From Leptogorgia sarmentosa (lineage: Eukaryota): DNA of 64,000 nt. The position numbers and the translations under genes were made by a program. The stretch covers positions 6,882,001 to 6,946,000 of the forward strand of contig OZ210884.1 in assembly GCA_964658305.1 (NCBI GenBank). Direction: 5' to 3'. The notes under the pieces are model-generated. The model had not been told where the DNA came from. It worked only from the letters and a program-made list of their open reading frames with translations, and ran no database searches. Positions 51,321 through 62,873 of this stretch are shown one piece after another (within the stretch, counting starts at the first letter, position 1; the number at the start of each line of letters is the position of its first letter).

Positions 51321-52271
51321 TTACCAAGTCTCTTCTCCATAATGTTGTACAGCATAAACTACAGCCGTGTCGCTAACTAACAAGTGCCTTGTGTAAATAC
51401 TTCCACCCAAACATCCATCATTGAGATAATACACAATAAAGTTACTATTTTTACCAATGACTATGGTTCTTATTTGATTGAACAGATCATCAGGTAAACG
51501 GATTTTTCTGTCATTGTATTCATTTTCTGAATTGTCGACGGAGTTCGAATTGTCTGCCAGCTTTGTGTTCTTCACTCGATATCCTTCTTCATCACACTTT
51601 GCGGCCTCTCTGTCAGGATTTTTTTTCAATTCTAGAAAATGTTTTGACTCAAGACAATCCACTATTAACTCCATCAGAAAATACTTTTTACAAAAAGTTG
51701 ACGTTTTCACTGTTGATTTTCCATCGTATATTAACTTTTCGTCCATATTATCTGGAGACTCCCATTCGTCCAGATCTATATGTCCAAATTTATCAAATAT
51801 AACTTGAAGAGCATTCACCAAAGCTGAGTCATTTGTATTTCGACCATCCGTAGTGAACGGATATACTGGGTTCAAACGGAGATAAAGCACACACTTTGAC
51901 TCCACCGTTTCGCCATATTCTTTGCTTTCCTCTTCTCGAACCCCAGCATCGTAATTCACTAAATCAGGCAACGGATTAGGAAACCATCTCTCTGTTCCGA
52001 TTCGAAGACTATTCAGCCAGAGTTTTCGAAAAACACCAAATTTGGTATCTGCCTTAGGTAGACATATTCCTGGGTAATTAGGTACAAACTTTTGCCACAC
52101 CGAATTTGAACGAGACACACGATTCCAATGCTTACATACCAAGTTCAATTTTACAACGTCAGAGAGTGGAAGCTCCAAAAAAACTTTCTCTAATATTTCA
52201 TTTGGAAGTGCTGATAAAAAATCCACTTTTTCTTCTGTTCTTGACAAGGGATGCACATTTAAGTTGTCCAT
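51321..52271 (-). CDS. F-box protein, presumed intact copy, single coding exon
   Basis: N-terminal F-box and an unrecognised C-terminal domain ending ..AVQHYGEETW*. Likely ATG at 52271 (MDNLNVHP) after a polypyrimidine-AG acceptor; the ORF is open from 52421. Confidence 0.85.
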   Translation of the reverse strand: MDNLNVHPLSRTEEKVDFLSALPNEILEKVFLELPLSDVVKLNLVCKHWNRVSRSNSVWQKFVPNYPGICLPKADTKFGVFRKLWLNSLRIGTERWFPNPLPDLVNYDAGVREEESKEYGETVESKCVLYLRLNPVYPFTTDGRNTNDSALVNALQVIFDKFGHIDLDEWESPDNMDEKLIYDGKSTVKTSTFCKKYFLMELIVDCLESKHFLELKKNPDREAAKCDEEGYRVKNTKLADNSNSVDNSENEYNDRKIRLPDDLFNQIRTIVIGKNSNFIVYYLNDGCLGGSIYTRHLLVSDTAVVYAVQHYGEETW

Positions 52272-52968
52272 AACATGAGCTAAAAATCCAAAGTTTGAAA
52301 AAACAATTAAATTATCTTGGCAATACACACACACCCCTTTTACATCAAAATGTGTCATAGGGACTTCGAGTGATTCGGTTTTTGCGAATTTTCTCCAGAT
52401 GAAACGCAAGACTACAACCAAAGCAACTTGCCACGTTTATAAATAATTAGTCTATCAGCCTGTCTTTGACACGATTTTCGACCAAATTTCTCCTATACTG
52501 CTCACAGAAATTTCCTCTTATGTATTTATGTCGTCACTTCGGTACCCAAGCTGAGTCGCGCGTTCACGATAAGTTTAGACTTTAGTTAGTGAAGCTATAA
52601 TTCGCATGTTTGTAATATTTGTTATTTATTCTTGCAATTTTCAATCAGTTCAAATGTAAATTTACAACTTTTAGTGGGCTACGATGATCGCACACATATT
52701 TCGAGTCCAATAATTTTCCAGTTAGCTACGTGATTTCGTGAATTTAGATGCTCGGTAAGCGAAATCGCCAGGTAGTAGAATTTATAATTATAATTGCCCT
52801 GAGTGGAGTACAATTTGGTCTGAAATCAAACTTGTGATTACAAAATACACTCCCGCTTCAAAATTGCACGACACGAAGTGCAATATCCACTTTATTATAT
52901 TCATTTTGTAATCTCACCGACTCACGTAAATATTTTTTGCAAAGCGGAAGCGTTGAAAAAGACACTAA

Positions 52969-53179
52969 GGGGCTGATTACATGGAGAATTTTCAGCCCGG
53001 CTGTTAATGTTGACGGATTGAAAAGAGGAGTACAATTTGAGTAACAAAAGGTCATATATTTTAATACACACTTTGTCTGTCTTTGTGTTTCTTATTTAAA
53101 TTATTCTACTCTTTTCCATACGTCAACAGCCGGGATGAAATCCCAGCCCGGGCTGAAATTTCTCCATGTAAACAGCCCC
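52969..53179. mobile_element. PIF/Harbinger-type MITE inserted into an older repeat
   Basis: TIRs GGGGCTG.TTACATGGAGAA.TTTCAGCCCGG; TAA at 52966-52968 and 53180-53182. Confidence 0.85.
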
Positions 53180-53367
53180 TAAACAATTCCGAAGGTCTGA
53201 GGTGTATACGAGATTCACCCCTCGAAGCCTGGAACCAGAGTTCTTGTCTATCACCTCACAGTAATAGACAAATCTGATTGGTCGAAACAGAATCGATAAA
53301 TCTCGTATCTTTTTGTGAGCGTGAGCTCCAGCAGGATACGGATTTTCCCCCCGGCAATTTATTCAAA

Positions 53368-53526
53368 ATGGCGCCCAACAACAATGCAAATCTAATTTCT
53401 GACGAAGAATTAACGCAGAAAAGACAAGATTTGCATAACAAAAACACTATAAAAAGTGAGAACGATGCAAATATAAAGTTGGGAGCGTATTTGAAGGCTC
53501 GTCGGATTGAAAACTACGAAGAATAG
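53368..53526 (+). pseudogene. Possible N-terminal relic of a Crypton/DUF3504-type tyrosine recombinase ORF
   Basis: AAAATGGCG start; ISDEEL....QDLHNKNTIK....A...L.AYL resembles the EEL..KNT N-terminus of CryptonA/QRICH1/ZMYM-like proteins; set among hairpin repeats. Confidence 0.35.
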
Positions 53527-53609
53527 GTTACTTTCAGTGCCGACAAGGTGTATGACTTGTTTCGTGAAATTTAAATTTGCTTATAGCTCGGTGATAGACA
53601 AAATCCTTG

Positions 53610-53756
53610 TTCCGAAGGTCTGTCGGGGTATACAAGATTTACCCCTCTCAGCCTGGAGCCAGAATTCGTATCCCCCTTCTGACGCGCTTCGGGGGATACG
53701 AATTCTGGCTCCAGGCTTCGAGGGGTAAATCTCGTATACCCCTCAGACCTTCGGAA
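53610..53756. repeat. Long near-perfect hairpin (about 66 bp arms) with a direct copy of one arm at about 53187-53250
   Basis: TTCCGAAGGTCTG...GAATTCGTATCCCCC, loop TTCTGACGCGCTTC, GGGGGATACGAATTC...CAGACCTTCGGAA. Confidence 0.85.
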
Positions 53757-54383
53757 TAAGTGTTAGTATCCCCTGAAGCGCGAAGCGCTGCGCTGAGTAC
53801 AAAAACTACAAATACAAAAAGTTTCGAGAGCAAAGAAGACTGGGAAGCGTCCTAAATTGATGTCACTCCGATGCGAATCCGGTATCGTGTAAATGGGTCT
53901 TAAATTTACGAGTTTCGCAACAGCATTTTCAATATATGCCATATACCTCAAGATACGTATTCTTGGAACCAGTCGCTCGCGCTCCAAATTTGCAGTGAAT
54001 GATGATAGGTCACTTCCGCCTACTGTTGAGATATGTAAATGCAGATTTGATGTAAACAATGAGCAACACGATTTCGAAGTTTCACATTTAATATCGTGAC
54101 AAAGCGCATTTTCTATCTTCGTAGTCCTTACTGAGACAAGGGAACAGTCATAGAAGGGCCATTTCTTAAAACATCTCTGCGAAGGAGAGAGATGCAAACG
54201 CTATGCCGGCCTATTTCATATCAGTCATATTTTATAGTAAGATAATTTTCCAGTTACGTGAATTAATTCTAGAAACTTTCTTCAAAAATGACATCTTCAA
54301 GCTTACAGAATGTTTCTGAACGACATTGTAGTTGTTTTTCATGCAATATACACTATACACTGTATCGTTTTTAAAGCGTTAAG

Positions 54384-54576
54384 GCCGGGCAAACGAGGAC
54401 GAGGTGACGAAAGTTGGTCAGTCACGCGATCTTGGTTAGCTGAACTTTCCAACGCAATAATGTATTATTGAAGTAAAAACATAGTCAAAGCATTTGTCAA
54501 TCTTTTATTTTTTCAGTGTTGAACGTAGAATCGTCACTGCCAACTTCCACTAATTCTCATCCTCGTTTGACACGGC
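54384..54576. mobile_element. Degenerate MITE
   Basis: Imperfect TIRs GCCGGGCAAACGAGGACGAG / CTCATCCTCGTTTGACACGGC. Confidence 0.5.
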
Positions 54577-55471
54577 GTGTTTGTTACAGTACGTACATCA
54601 AAATTTGCACGGGTTCAATCCGTTCAAAATTACAAATCTTACCGTTATTCATACGGCTGTGAACTCTCTTTACTCGTTTTAAGACTCAAACAGCTTCTAC
54701 TTTATTCTTCGCCTTTTATTTTACAGAAAAAGCATGTATTTCATCTCTATATGTACGAACTGATTCGAGTGGACACACACACACTGTAGCCGCAGAGTTC
54801 GAAATCGATTCCTAGTATCAGACCTTTCCTTTCCAAGAAATAACGAGCGCATATAATAGACCTCACGCATGATGACGTTTTGTTTTAATAATTGACAGGG
54901 TTCATCTCTCGCCAAATTGATATGCTATTGCCATGGGAAATTGATCATTTGCAACGTCTTGAAAACGATAAAGTTATTTACGATAATCTGCTTTAAATAT
55001 AAAATAGTAGCTAATTCTACATGTTACCCATACGTTCAGCATGCATAAAGATGTTATTAACTTACCGTTACTATATAGAAACCCAAAACAAATCAGAATG
55101 ACTGAGGAAATATTCTAGATTCCTTCGGAGGCGAAAGTACATGCAACGTTATAATTGGGGTGTATATTGACTATATATTCATATACAGGGTGTCCCCCAA
55201 AAAAGGCAAATGATTAAAAAATCTCTTGTTCGAATTTGAATGCCTTATAATATTAATATAAGGCATTAAACAGGGTGTCCAAAAAATAAGTGACCTCTAT
55301 AGAAATCACTCTTTTGTTGTTAATCTCGGTTTATTGTGGGTTTAAGCGCGCGTGCTGTTATAAATACTTCTGTCGTTCATGAGCCATTCAATTATATTCT
55401 CAAAGGCATAGGAACGCACGTTTGAAAACAAAAGAACTGATTTCTGTAGAGGTCACTGTATAAGTTATATA

Positions 55472-55769
55472 CAGGGTGAGTCAGAACTGATATCTTTGAA
55501 ATTCAAATTAGCTGCATTCCATCATAGAATCTACATGCAGATGGTTTAGGCAGCCCGTAAGTAGATTTACTTATAAGTATAAAGCATGTACGAACTACGA
55601 AGCATGTCAAATAAACAGACGATATCAATTCCCTGTGGGAGTTTCAAGTCATTGTAATTGCACGGAAAATTTACTCAAAGCACTCAAATGTATTATTGTT
55701 AAATTGCAGCAACATGCAGCATCTCGTCTAATATGAATTTTTAGTGTGTCAGTTTTTTTACTCACCCTG
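55472..55769. mobile_element. Tc1/mariner-type MITE within a cluster of CAGGGTG-ended fragments (55185-56008)
   Basis: TA|CAGGGTGAGT...ACTCACCCTG|TA; further CAGGGTGTC ends near 55185 and 55271, and GACATCCTGTA near 56000. Confidence 0.75.
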
Positions 55770-56328
55770 TACTTAAGCATCAACAAATATTCTTTATAGA
55801 AGCGCATATATTAGAAACTGGCTGAATAAAACATCTTTGTTGAGCCCAAGATTGTCCACTCTTGAGAACTTGAAGCGGCTTCTTATATTTAAAGAAGGCA
55901 ATTTATGCCATATAGGTATATACCAGTAATTATATGCCATACAAGCCATTCAAATTCATGCAACAATAGTTTATTTCAATCGCCGTTTGTTTTTTTAGAC
56001 ATCCTGTATATTCATGTTCCACCCTTTGATTTCTTTTGAAATTAACTAGAAAACAACGGTTTAAAACAAAACAATTCGTCGGGCCGAACATGAATATAAA
56101 TATACAGTATACACATTCCCGCCGAATTTTCGACCTTGGTCTCCTGAATGTGAGTGTCAGCTCAAAACGGCAGATAGATACACAGAGATAACTAGTGTAC
56201 CCAGTTTCTTTGTCCACATGCCCTGCAAGTTACTGAGTTCACTACCATCATTCATCAAATACACAACCAAGATGGCGGATCGCCGTTAACTGCATTTTAT
56301 CTGCAGTTAACGAAATTGGTTGGACAGG

Positions 56329-56620
56329 TATAGTCCAACAAATAAAGTTTAACTTTTTAAAATAGCTTGTTGTTAAATTATATTCAAGGGCTGATGTCTA
56401 TTGTAACGTGTATAAATGTATACGCATAGGCGTTAACGCTTGAATGTATATCTCACAACGATCTATTTTGAGGAAAAATAAGTTTTACTTTATTTGTTGA
56501 GCTATACTATGCATGGTTACGTATAATAGTGAGTTTAAATTTTGACGCAGTTATATAATTATACTTCGTGCTGTTCCCCAAATTATGAAGTAGTACGTAC
56601 ATATTTCTACGGCAAAAAAT
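56329..56620 (+). repeat. Dispersed repeat, copy 2 (copy 1 at 39367-39680)
   Basis: Colinear, highly similar match to 39367-39680. Confidence 0.8.
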
Positions 56621-56948
56621 ATTGTCCCTTTCGTGTTATATATATATATATCTAAGGCTCGTTTTGAACGTCCAGTTCCCGTCACGTCGAATGCAATCCA
56701 TGCAAACAAAAGGTAATGACATGATGCGTATAACAGCATCAACGACAACAAGCAGAAAAAGTTCTAATCACCAGCTGAACGATACAAACAGACCCGTCGC
56801 TTCCAGGAAAGGCCCTTTCTCGGGAATTAATTTCTATCTGCATGTTTGTATCATTTGTATCGTTAGTAAGCAGAACTTTTGCTGATGAGAAGACTTACCG
56901 TTGAATTGCATTCGATGTGATGGAAATTCGACATCTAAACTAAACCTA

Positions 56949-57094
56949 AAGCCTTTTTCAACTTGGCGATATTTTCACGCGAATACAAGAAGCAATTTGA
57001 TTGGCTGGCGGCAAATACTGACAACATCCTCACTCAATCACATTCACTTTGCTTTTTGTTCACGCCAAAAAATCGCCCAGTGGTAAACAGGCTT
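56949..57094. mobile_element. Degenerate MITE just downstream of the TP53I11 stop codon
   Basis: Imperfect TIRs AAGCCTTTTTCAACTTGGCGATATTTT / AAAAAATCGCCCAGTGGTAAACAGGCTT. Confidence 0.5.
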
Positions 57095-57174
57095 ATCGCA
57101 TGCACGACACTATCACTTTTCCCCACGTTAACACGTGATCACATGACTCCTTAAACCTCCATAAAGTTCAACTA

Positions 57175-60100
57175 TCAGTTAAATGCGTCGCCATCATCTG
57201 AGTCGGCAAAACTGACAGGTTTGTCAGGAATCGGTCGGTTTGCTCGTCGTAACTTGACAACGTAAACAGAGGTCACAAGCAAAATAGCGATGTGGAAGAT
57301 TAATGATAACATAACGTATTTATTATGCTCCACAGAAAGTTCCCGGATGAACACTGAAAAATAACAAGACTCAATTTTATTATTTATCATATATTTGGAC
57401 CCCAAACCCACTTACTCTGTTGCTATACAGGTTTATAAACAACGACAATGCAAAGAATCGTGTTTGACGAGACGACACATTGTTTTGGGCGAAGCTATGA
57501 GCTATAGCGGTTTTGAATTATACGGCGATTTATCGGTAAAAAAATCTTATTTATTCAACCATTTTTGTACAACAACATTCGAATGTACAACCCACAGCAG
57601 GAGAAAAAGTTGGGGAAAATGTATAACAAAATATAGCTATTTTGAATTCAAAACTAGTAGACGATGAATGAAAAATATAATTTTCATGTTGTAAAAGCAT
57701 CTCATTAAATTGATGGAAACCGTAAGTGAAATTACCAACCCAAAGCTGCTATTGCAAAGTAAACCAAATGTGTCAAAAGCACATTCCTAAAAAATAATAA
57801 AACAAGAGTTCAGATATCGGTAAATTTTTATAATTAATTAATAAAATTTTATAAAAACACCTCAAACACATAACGAATGACGGAATTTTGCGCAACAATA
57901 ACAAACATACCTCAGCACGAGATAAGATGTTGCGTTAGTCAACCATGTCAATCCAAATAAACCTAGAAAAATAAAAACAACTATTGAAACAAAAAAGAAC
58001 CACTACAATATCCAAAAACGTACAAAAAACAATTTTAACTATTAGGGGTGAGGCAGCCGGGAAACAGGACTATTGAAATGTGAAAAATAGGAAGTACTAT
58101 AGTGCCATCACCGAAATTGCAGATTCGGTTTCTACCAGTATAGAGTATATAGACATAATATAGACCAACAAGCAGCTGCGCATAGACATGTTTTGATGTT
58201 TTACCTATATATAGGATATAGTTAGCAGTTGCTTAGTTCTATACTTAAAAAACCCAAATTAGTGAAAAACTTTTAAAACACAAACTTAATTATAACTTAC
58301 CAGCAAATGTCGCTCCCAGCAACCTCACTTCCATGACATTTATTCGAGGGGAATGATCAACTCCAAGTAAGTAGGAAAATGGTTTGAATAATAAAAGACA
58401 CTAAATAACGATAGAGGGATGAACACAATGAACGCTACATGTTTTTGTATATCGTTTGAAATACATAGTTAATTCTTAATTCTTGAAATAGTTCATTCTT
58501 ACAATAGTTAATTCTTGAAATAGTTAATTCTTGAAATAGTTTCACAAATTTCTTGAATAATTGATCACAATAGCAAAAACACTCACCAACACAGCCATAG
58601 CAAGAAACAGCAGTGAAGCCAGGACAAGCCATATGCTATACAAAAGTTTGATACTTTACATCATTCATGCAGATGAAATATTGAATGTGCATTGAACAAA
58701 AGCATAATATGCTATCATTGTTTTTCTTAATTTGTCAGCCATGCATTGACCGTGATTCGTGAGTGCATCTGTGAGAGCCCACGCAGACCGGACGCGATTC
58801 GGTAACGCGACGCGATTTTACAGTTTTCAGAAGCGAATATAATTGCTTCTGATTCAATATTTCCCCAAATTTCATAGCGACAGGACTTTTTAAATCATCA
58901 GGTTCACATGGCTTCCAAAATTTACTTTCTGCCACAGTTCTATATACTTTCAAAAACCGAAAAATCGCGTTGCGTTACTGAATGGGGTCTATATGTGTGG
59001 ACCTTCAGGCTCAACACAAAAGACGTATGCATGCAGTATCCATGAAGTGCATGGTTATCGTGCAGAGAGATGTACTGAAATTAGAAATACTGAAGCATTC
59101 CAAAGATCACCTTAGTCCTGGGGGCAACTTTGTGTCGATGTGCTCACAATTTCCTAACACTTGTAGAACCTACAATCAATGAAAAGCGTCTCATTTAATT
59201 TGTTGATATACGCCTGCTGTCTCGACCATCTGTAATTACAGTATTATTCAGTATTCTATGAAAATCGATGTTTAACATAAAGCTACAGGGGTCAAGGCAG
59301 CAATATTTACACAACGTTATTTTGTTTCGCTTCGTTTCGTTTTGTTTTGTTTTGAAAAAAAATTAAAAACACCGTTGTTGACGATTTGCAATACACTAAC
59401 TCCAATCACCTTAGAAGATTCTTTTCCTCCTAATCCAAGAATTTTTCGTGATTTCAGACGACTTTGTGCATCATCAAAACTGCGTCTATATCAGATTAAA
59501 AATATTTAAGTTATTCGTTGCATAATTAGTACGTCACATATAGTAATGATAAGTAATAAGTCACGATATACAGTCCACGACAAGTTGGCCAACTAGGTTC
59601 TAGTGAAGTAACACAGGTTGAGGTTGTTCATTGTATTTGATAAGAATGACAGTCGTGCATGCATGATTGGCAAATAATGAAGAACTGGCACAAACAAAGC
59701 CGGTTCATTCATTTCTGCATGGATGAATGTCAAGCTCTTTTTCGCACGAGAGCGCTACAGAACGCGCTTTGCTCGAGCTTAAAAAATCGAAAGTGAAATC
59801 GGCAGTGAAGGTTTTCTTCTAGAAGTTACATAATGCAGGCGATGCAACCCAAACTGTAAGATCAATAATATAAAATAAAAGATAAATTCACGAAAAAAGT
59901 ATAAACAGAACTTCGGAAATATTTTTTGCCCGCACGAGCACGAAGTATACTTCAAAATGACAATTTTGTAATATTTTTCAGAAAGAATTTTTTCTAATTT
60001 TCAAGTAGTCAATGATGCTATGCAAATTACATTATTATTCATTATTTTTCACTAATTCATTATTTTCAACTTATTGTTTTCACTGCGGTGCAGAAATTAT

Positions 60101-61299
60101 TTGCATATAGCATGACCGAATGGTCGGTAGTTGTATATGACGATGTCCCGCAATATGTTCTTCAAAACGTATAGCTACTTTGCACTGGTCACTTGAAATA
60201 TCCTAATGCTTCCTAATGCAAGAAGCCACCACGCATGCATGCGACTGACAACGTTTGCCAAACAATGGAATATTTGGCCAGTGAATAAAGATATAACATG
60301 CTACGACTCGTAAAAATGAGATTTTTTGTTGTTCATAATGTGAACAACTAAAACCTGGGGAGCTTTGAAATTTTAATCATGTTCAATTATCTAATACAAT
60401 TACAAAACATCCTCTTAAAGATGGCTCTCTGTGCTTTGATTAAACTTTTACTGTAAACAAATATAGGACATTATTATCCTATCCCGTGGTTCCTTGAGCC
60501 ATTTTTAAACCTTGACGAAACACCTGCGAAAGCAACGGCCATGCATGCAAACTATTGTATTAATAATACTGTATTATTGCACATCGATAATGAATTGAAG
60601 ACTGATCATGATAAACTGCAGCATCCGTGGTTATTTTAGAAACATTGTAGCAATGTTCAAGATAACAAAATTTTTCTGAAAAACTTCTAGCTCGAAAGAA
60701 ACCGTCAAAATGTTGGCTAAACTATATCAGTTAATAGCAGCAAGGAACATTGTAATAAATGTTAATAGGAGCCACAGGAAATACCTGAATTATTTAATTG
60801 AGCAATGCACAGCCGCAAAAACATTACAAGGCCACTTCCTACTGTGTTACAAAGGAATTCATCACATGCATCCTTATTTACAAGCATGCGGCCTGAAGAC
60901 TTTTATTCCATCGTAATATTTCTCAAGACGAAGCCATCACTATTTGTATCCCAACAACTTTGACATTATATAGATGCGTCGGTGTTGATTTAAGCAAAAT
61001 TATCAGTTTATCGCCGAAGCGAAGTAACTATCACTAGACTTTTAAAATCCTATACTATTTCGTGTGTTCTGAAAAGCAAAATAACGACAACAAAAAAATC
61101 TGTAGTGTTTGCCAAAGGCGATATTTGCAGCGATGTAAACATAGCCGTAGGTCAAAAGAGCAATTTAATGTCTAATGTTTTGAACTTACTTTCGTACACC
61201 TCTCTTATAAGCTGATGGGATTCCTAGATGATCGATGGAGTCAGATTTATCTGTCGATACATTAGTAGAATCTGAAATCAAACTCTGTCTTTCCTCCAT
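57175..61299 (-). CDS. TP53I11: Tumor protein p53-inducible protein 11 (PIG11) orthologue, multi-pass membrane protein; 8 exons, 223 aa
   Basis: In-frame exons 61299-61190, 59485-59410, 59169-59111, 58635-58587, 58400-58301, 57962-57911, 57786-57740, 57353-57175. Signature SRLKSRKILGLGG..VLQVLGN....PPGL.IW and VRLLG match TP53I11 (SRLKTRKILGVGG..ISQVLGN..PLGLRVW, IRLYG). GCCATGG start context. Confidence 0.9.
58798..58982. mobile_element. MITE-like element in TP53I11 intron 3
   Basis: Inverted ends TTCGGTAACGCGACGCGATTTT / AAAATCGCGTTGCGTTACTGAA. Confidence 0.55.
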
Positions 61300-62680
61300 G
61301 GCAATTCCACAATGCTGACTCCTCAGTATATGAGGATAACATTCACAGCCCACTCACAAGACAGGAAGTGTATGTTTTCAAATTCGAGAACGGTCAGCAT
61401 GCAGTCCAAATTTGTTCAAGACATTTCATTTTTTCAAATGAGCGTTTCATTTCAAGGCATTCAAAAGTAAATACATTTCATTGTCGTTTAATCAGCGATG
61501 TGTGGGCGGCTGTCGCGCGTATAAATACATGTATAGTGCGTGTCTTTGCTCGCTTAAAAACGGTGGCATCTGAATGATATCTGATCATAGCATAGTTTGG
61601 AAATATTTGATTCATGACACGAAGCCAATGCAAGGGAAATGATCGATAGTGTAATATTGTGTTTGTGAAATAAATAGCAGTTTTATGTTTCGATACTGCT
61701 TATTGAAACGAAAGCGTTGATCTTCACATCATTTGCATGTTATAGACAAGGATGATGTATTATACCCGACATGATTAAATCTAGTTTACATACGTAAATA
61801 TATATTGTGCAATATCTATCTAACGTTACTATATATCATGCTTCTTTTAATCCTTTATTATTAGGCTGAATGATATTTAGCGCTTTAGAAAATAAAAAAA
61901 CTGAGATAGGACAAGTAACAGTTGATTCACTGTCACAGACAACAATATATATCTATTACACGAACTGCTGAAAAGCTATGTCTATATTATCTGACACAAA
62001 GACATGCACATGTTTACTGATTCAATGCTGGTGTGTTGTGCTGACAAAATGGGGAATTATAGCGATAGCATCAACCACACTTTACTATTAATGAAGTAAC
62101 GTCTGAGGACAACACTTTAACCAGATGTTATCGGAGAGATTTAGTTGCATGAAAACGGTAAAACATCTCATTCGTATATAAACGAGAACTCCAACTTACT
62201 TGTGAAACTTCGTCCGCGAACTCATGGCTTGGTTTTGGCGCACGATACTTTCTATATACGGCAGCTCGCGATTATGAGTCTACAATATACACGTGTGAGT
62301 TTTATCACGTTTTGTTGTATACAGCAGTAGCCAGTATATCTACAATTGTATACCTTCTTGCTTAAAAAACACAGCTACAAAGATTATTATGTTGTACATT
62401 TATAATAAAGCATCTGTTTACATAAAACTGCCATGGTTTACGTAGCAGTGAAATAAAATCGCGGTGTAAGTCTCAAGATATGACACTTAAAGCATAGTTT
62501 ATTGTATAATTGATTCCTATTGGTTGCTTGGCATTATTTTGGCTGGCAATGCATGATGCTTGCACGATACGGTGATTAACTAATCGGGTCAAACTGATCA
62601 GTATAATAGAACTGTGAGGATATGTTGTGACATTCACATTTTTTAAAGTATTCCTCGATATATAATTATATATGATTGTA

Positions 62681-62873
62681 AAGGTCAGTTCACACGAGCG
62701 ATTTCGCTGCGATTTCTAGTGCGATTTTCTCCCTTTGACCGATGTGATCGAGTAAACCAGTTACGAATGTTCCGGTGAGGTAGCGCGCACTCGGCACATT
62801 CGTTATTAATCCACTCGTTCACATCTATATATCAAAAGAAGAAAATCGCAGCCAAAAATCGTGAACGGGCCTT
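62681..62873. mobile_element. Degenerate MITE
   Basis: Imperfect TIRs AAGGTCAGTTCACACGAGCGATTT / AAATCGTGAACGGGCCTT, flanked by TA. Confidence 0.55.

Larger units (their letters stand above)
45946..52690 (+). repeat. Near-identical direct tandem duplication (45946-49170 and 49171-52690)
   Basis: Offset is 3225 bp up to 47919 and 3519 bp after it; the ORF translations match in both copies; junction GATGATC-G-TACCATAG at 49171. Confidence 0.97.

Noticed and set aside
53763..54197. 144 aa ORF
   Set aside because: Non-ATG start, no recognisable domain, lies in repeat-derived sequence.
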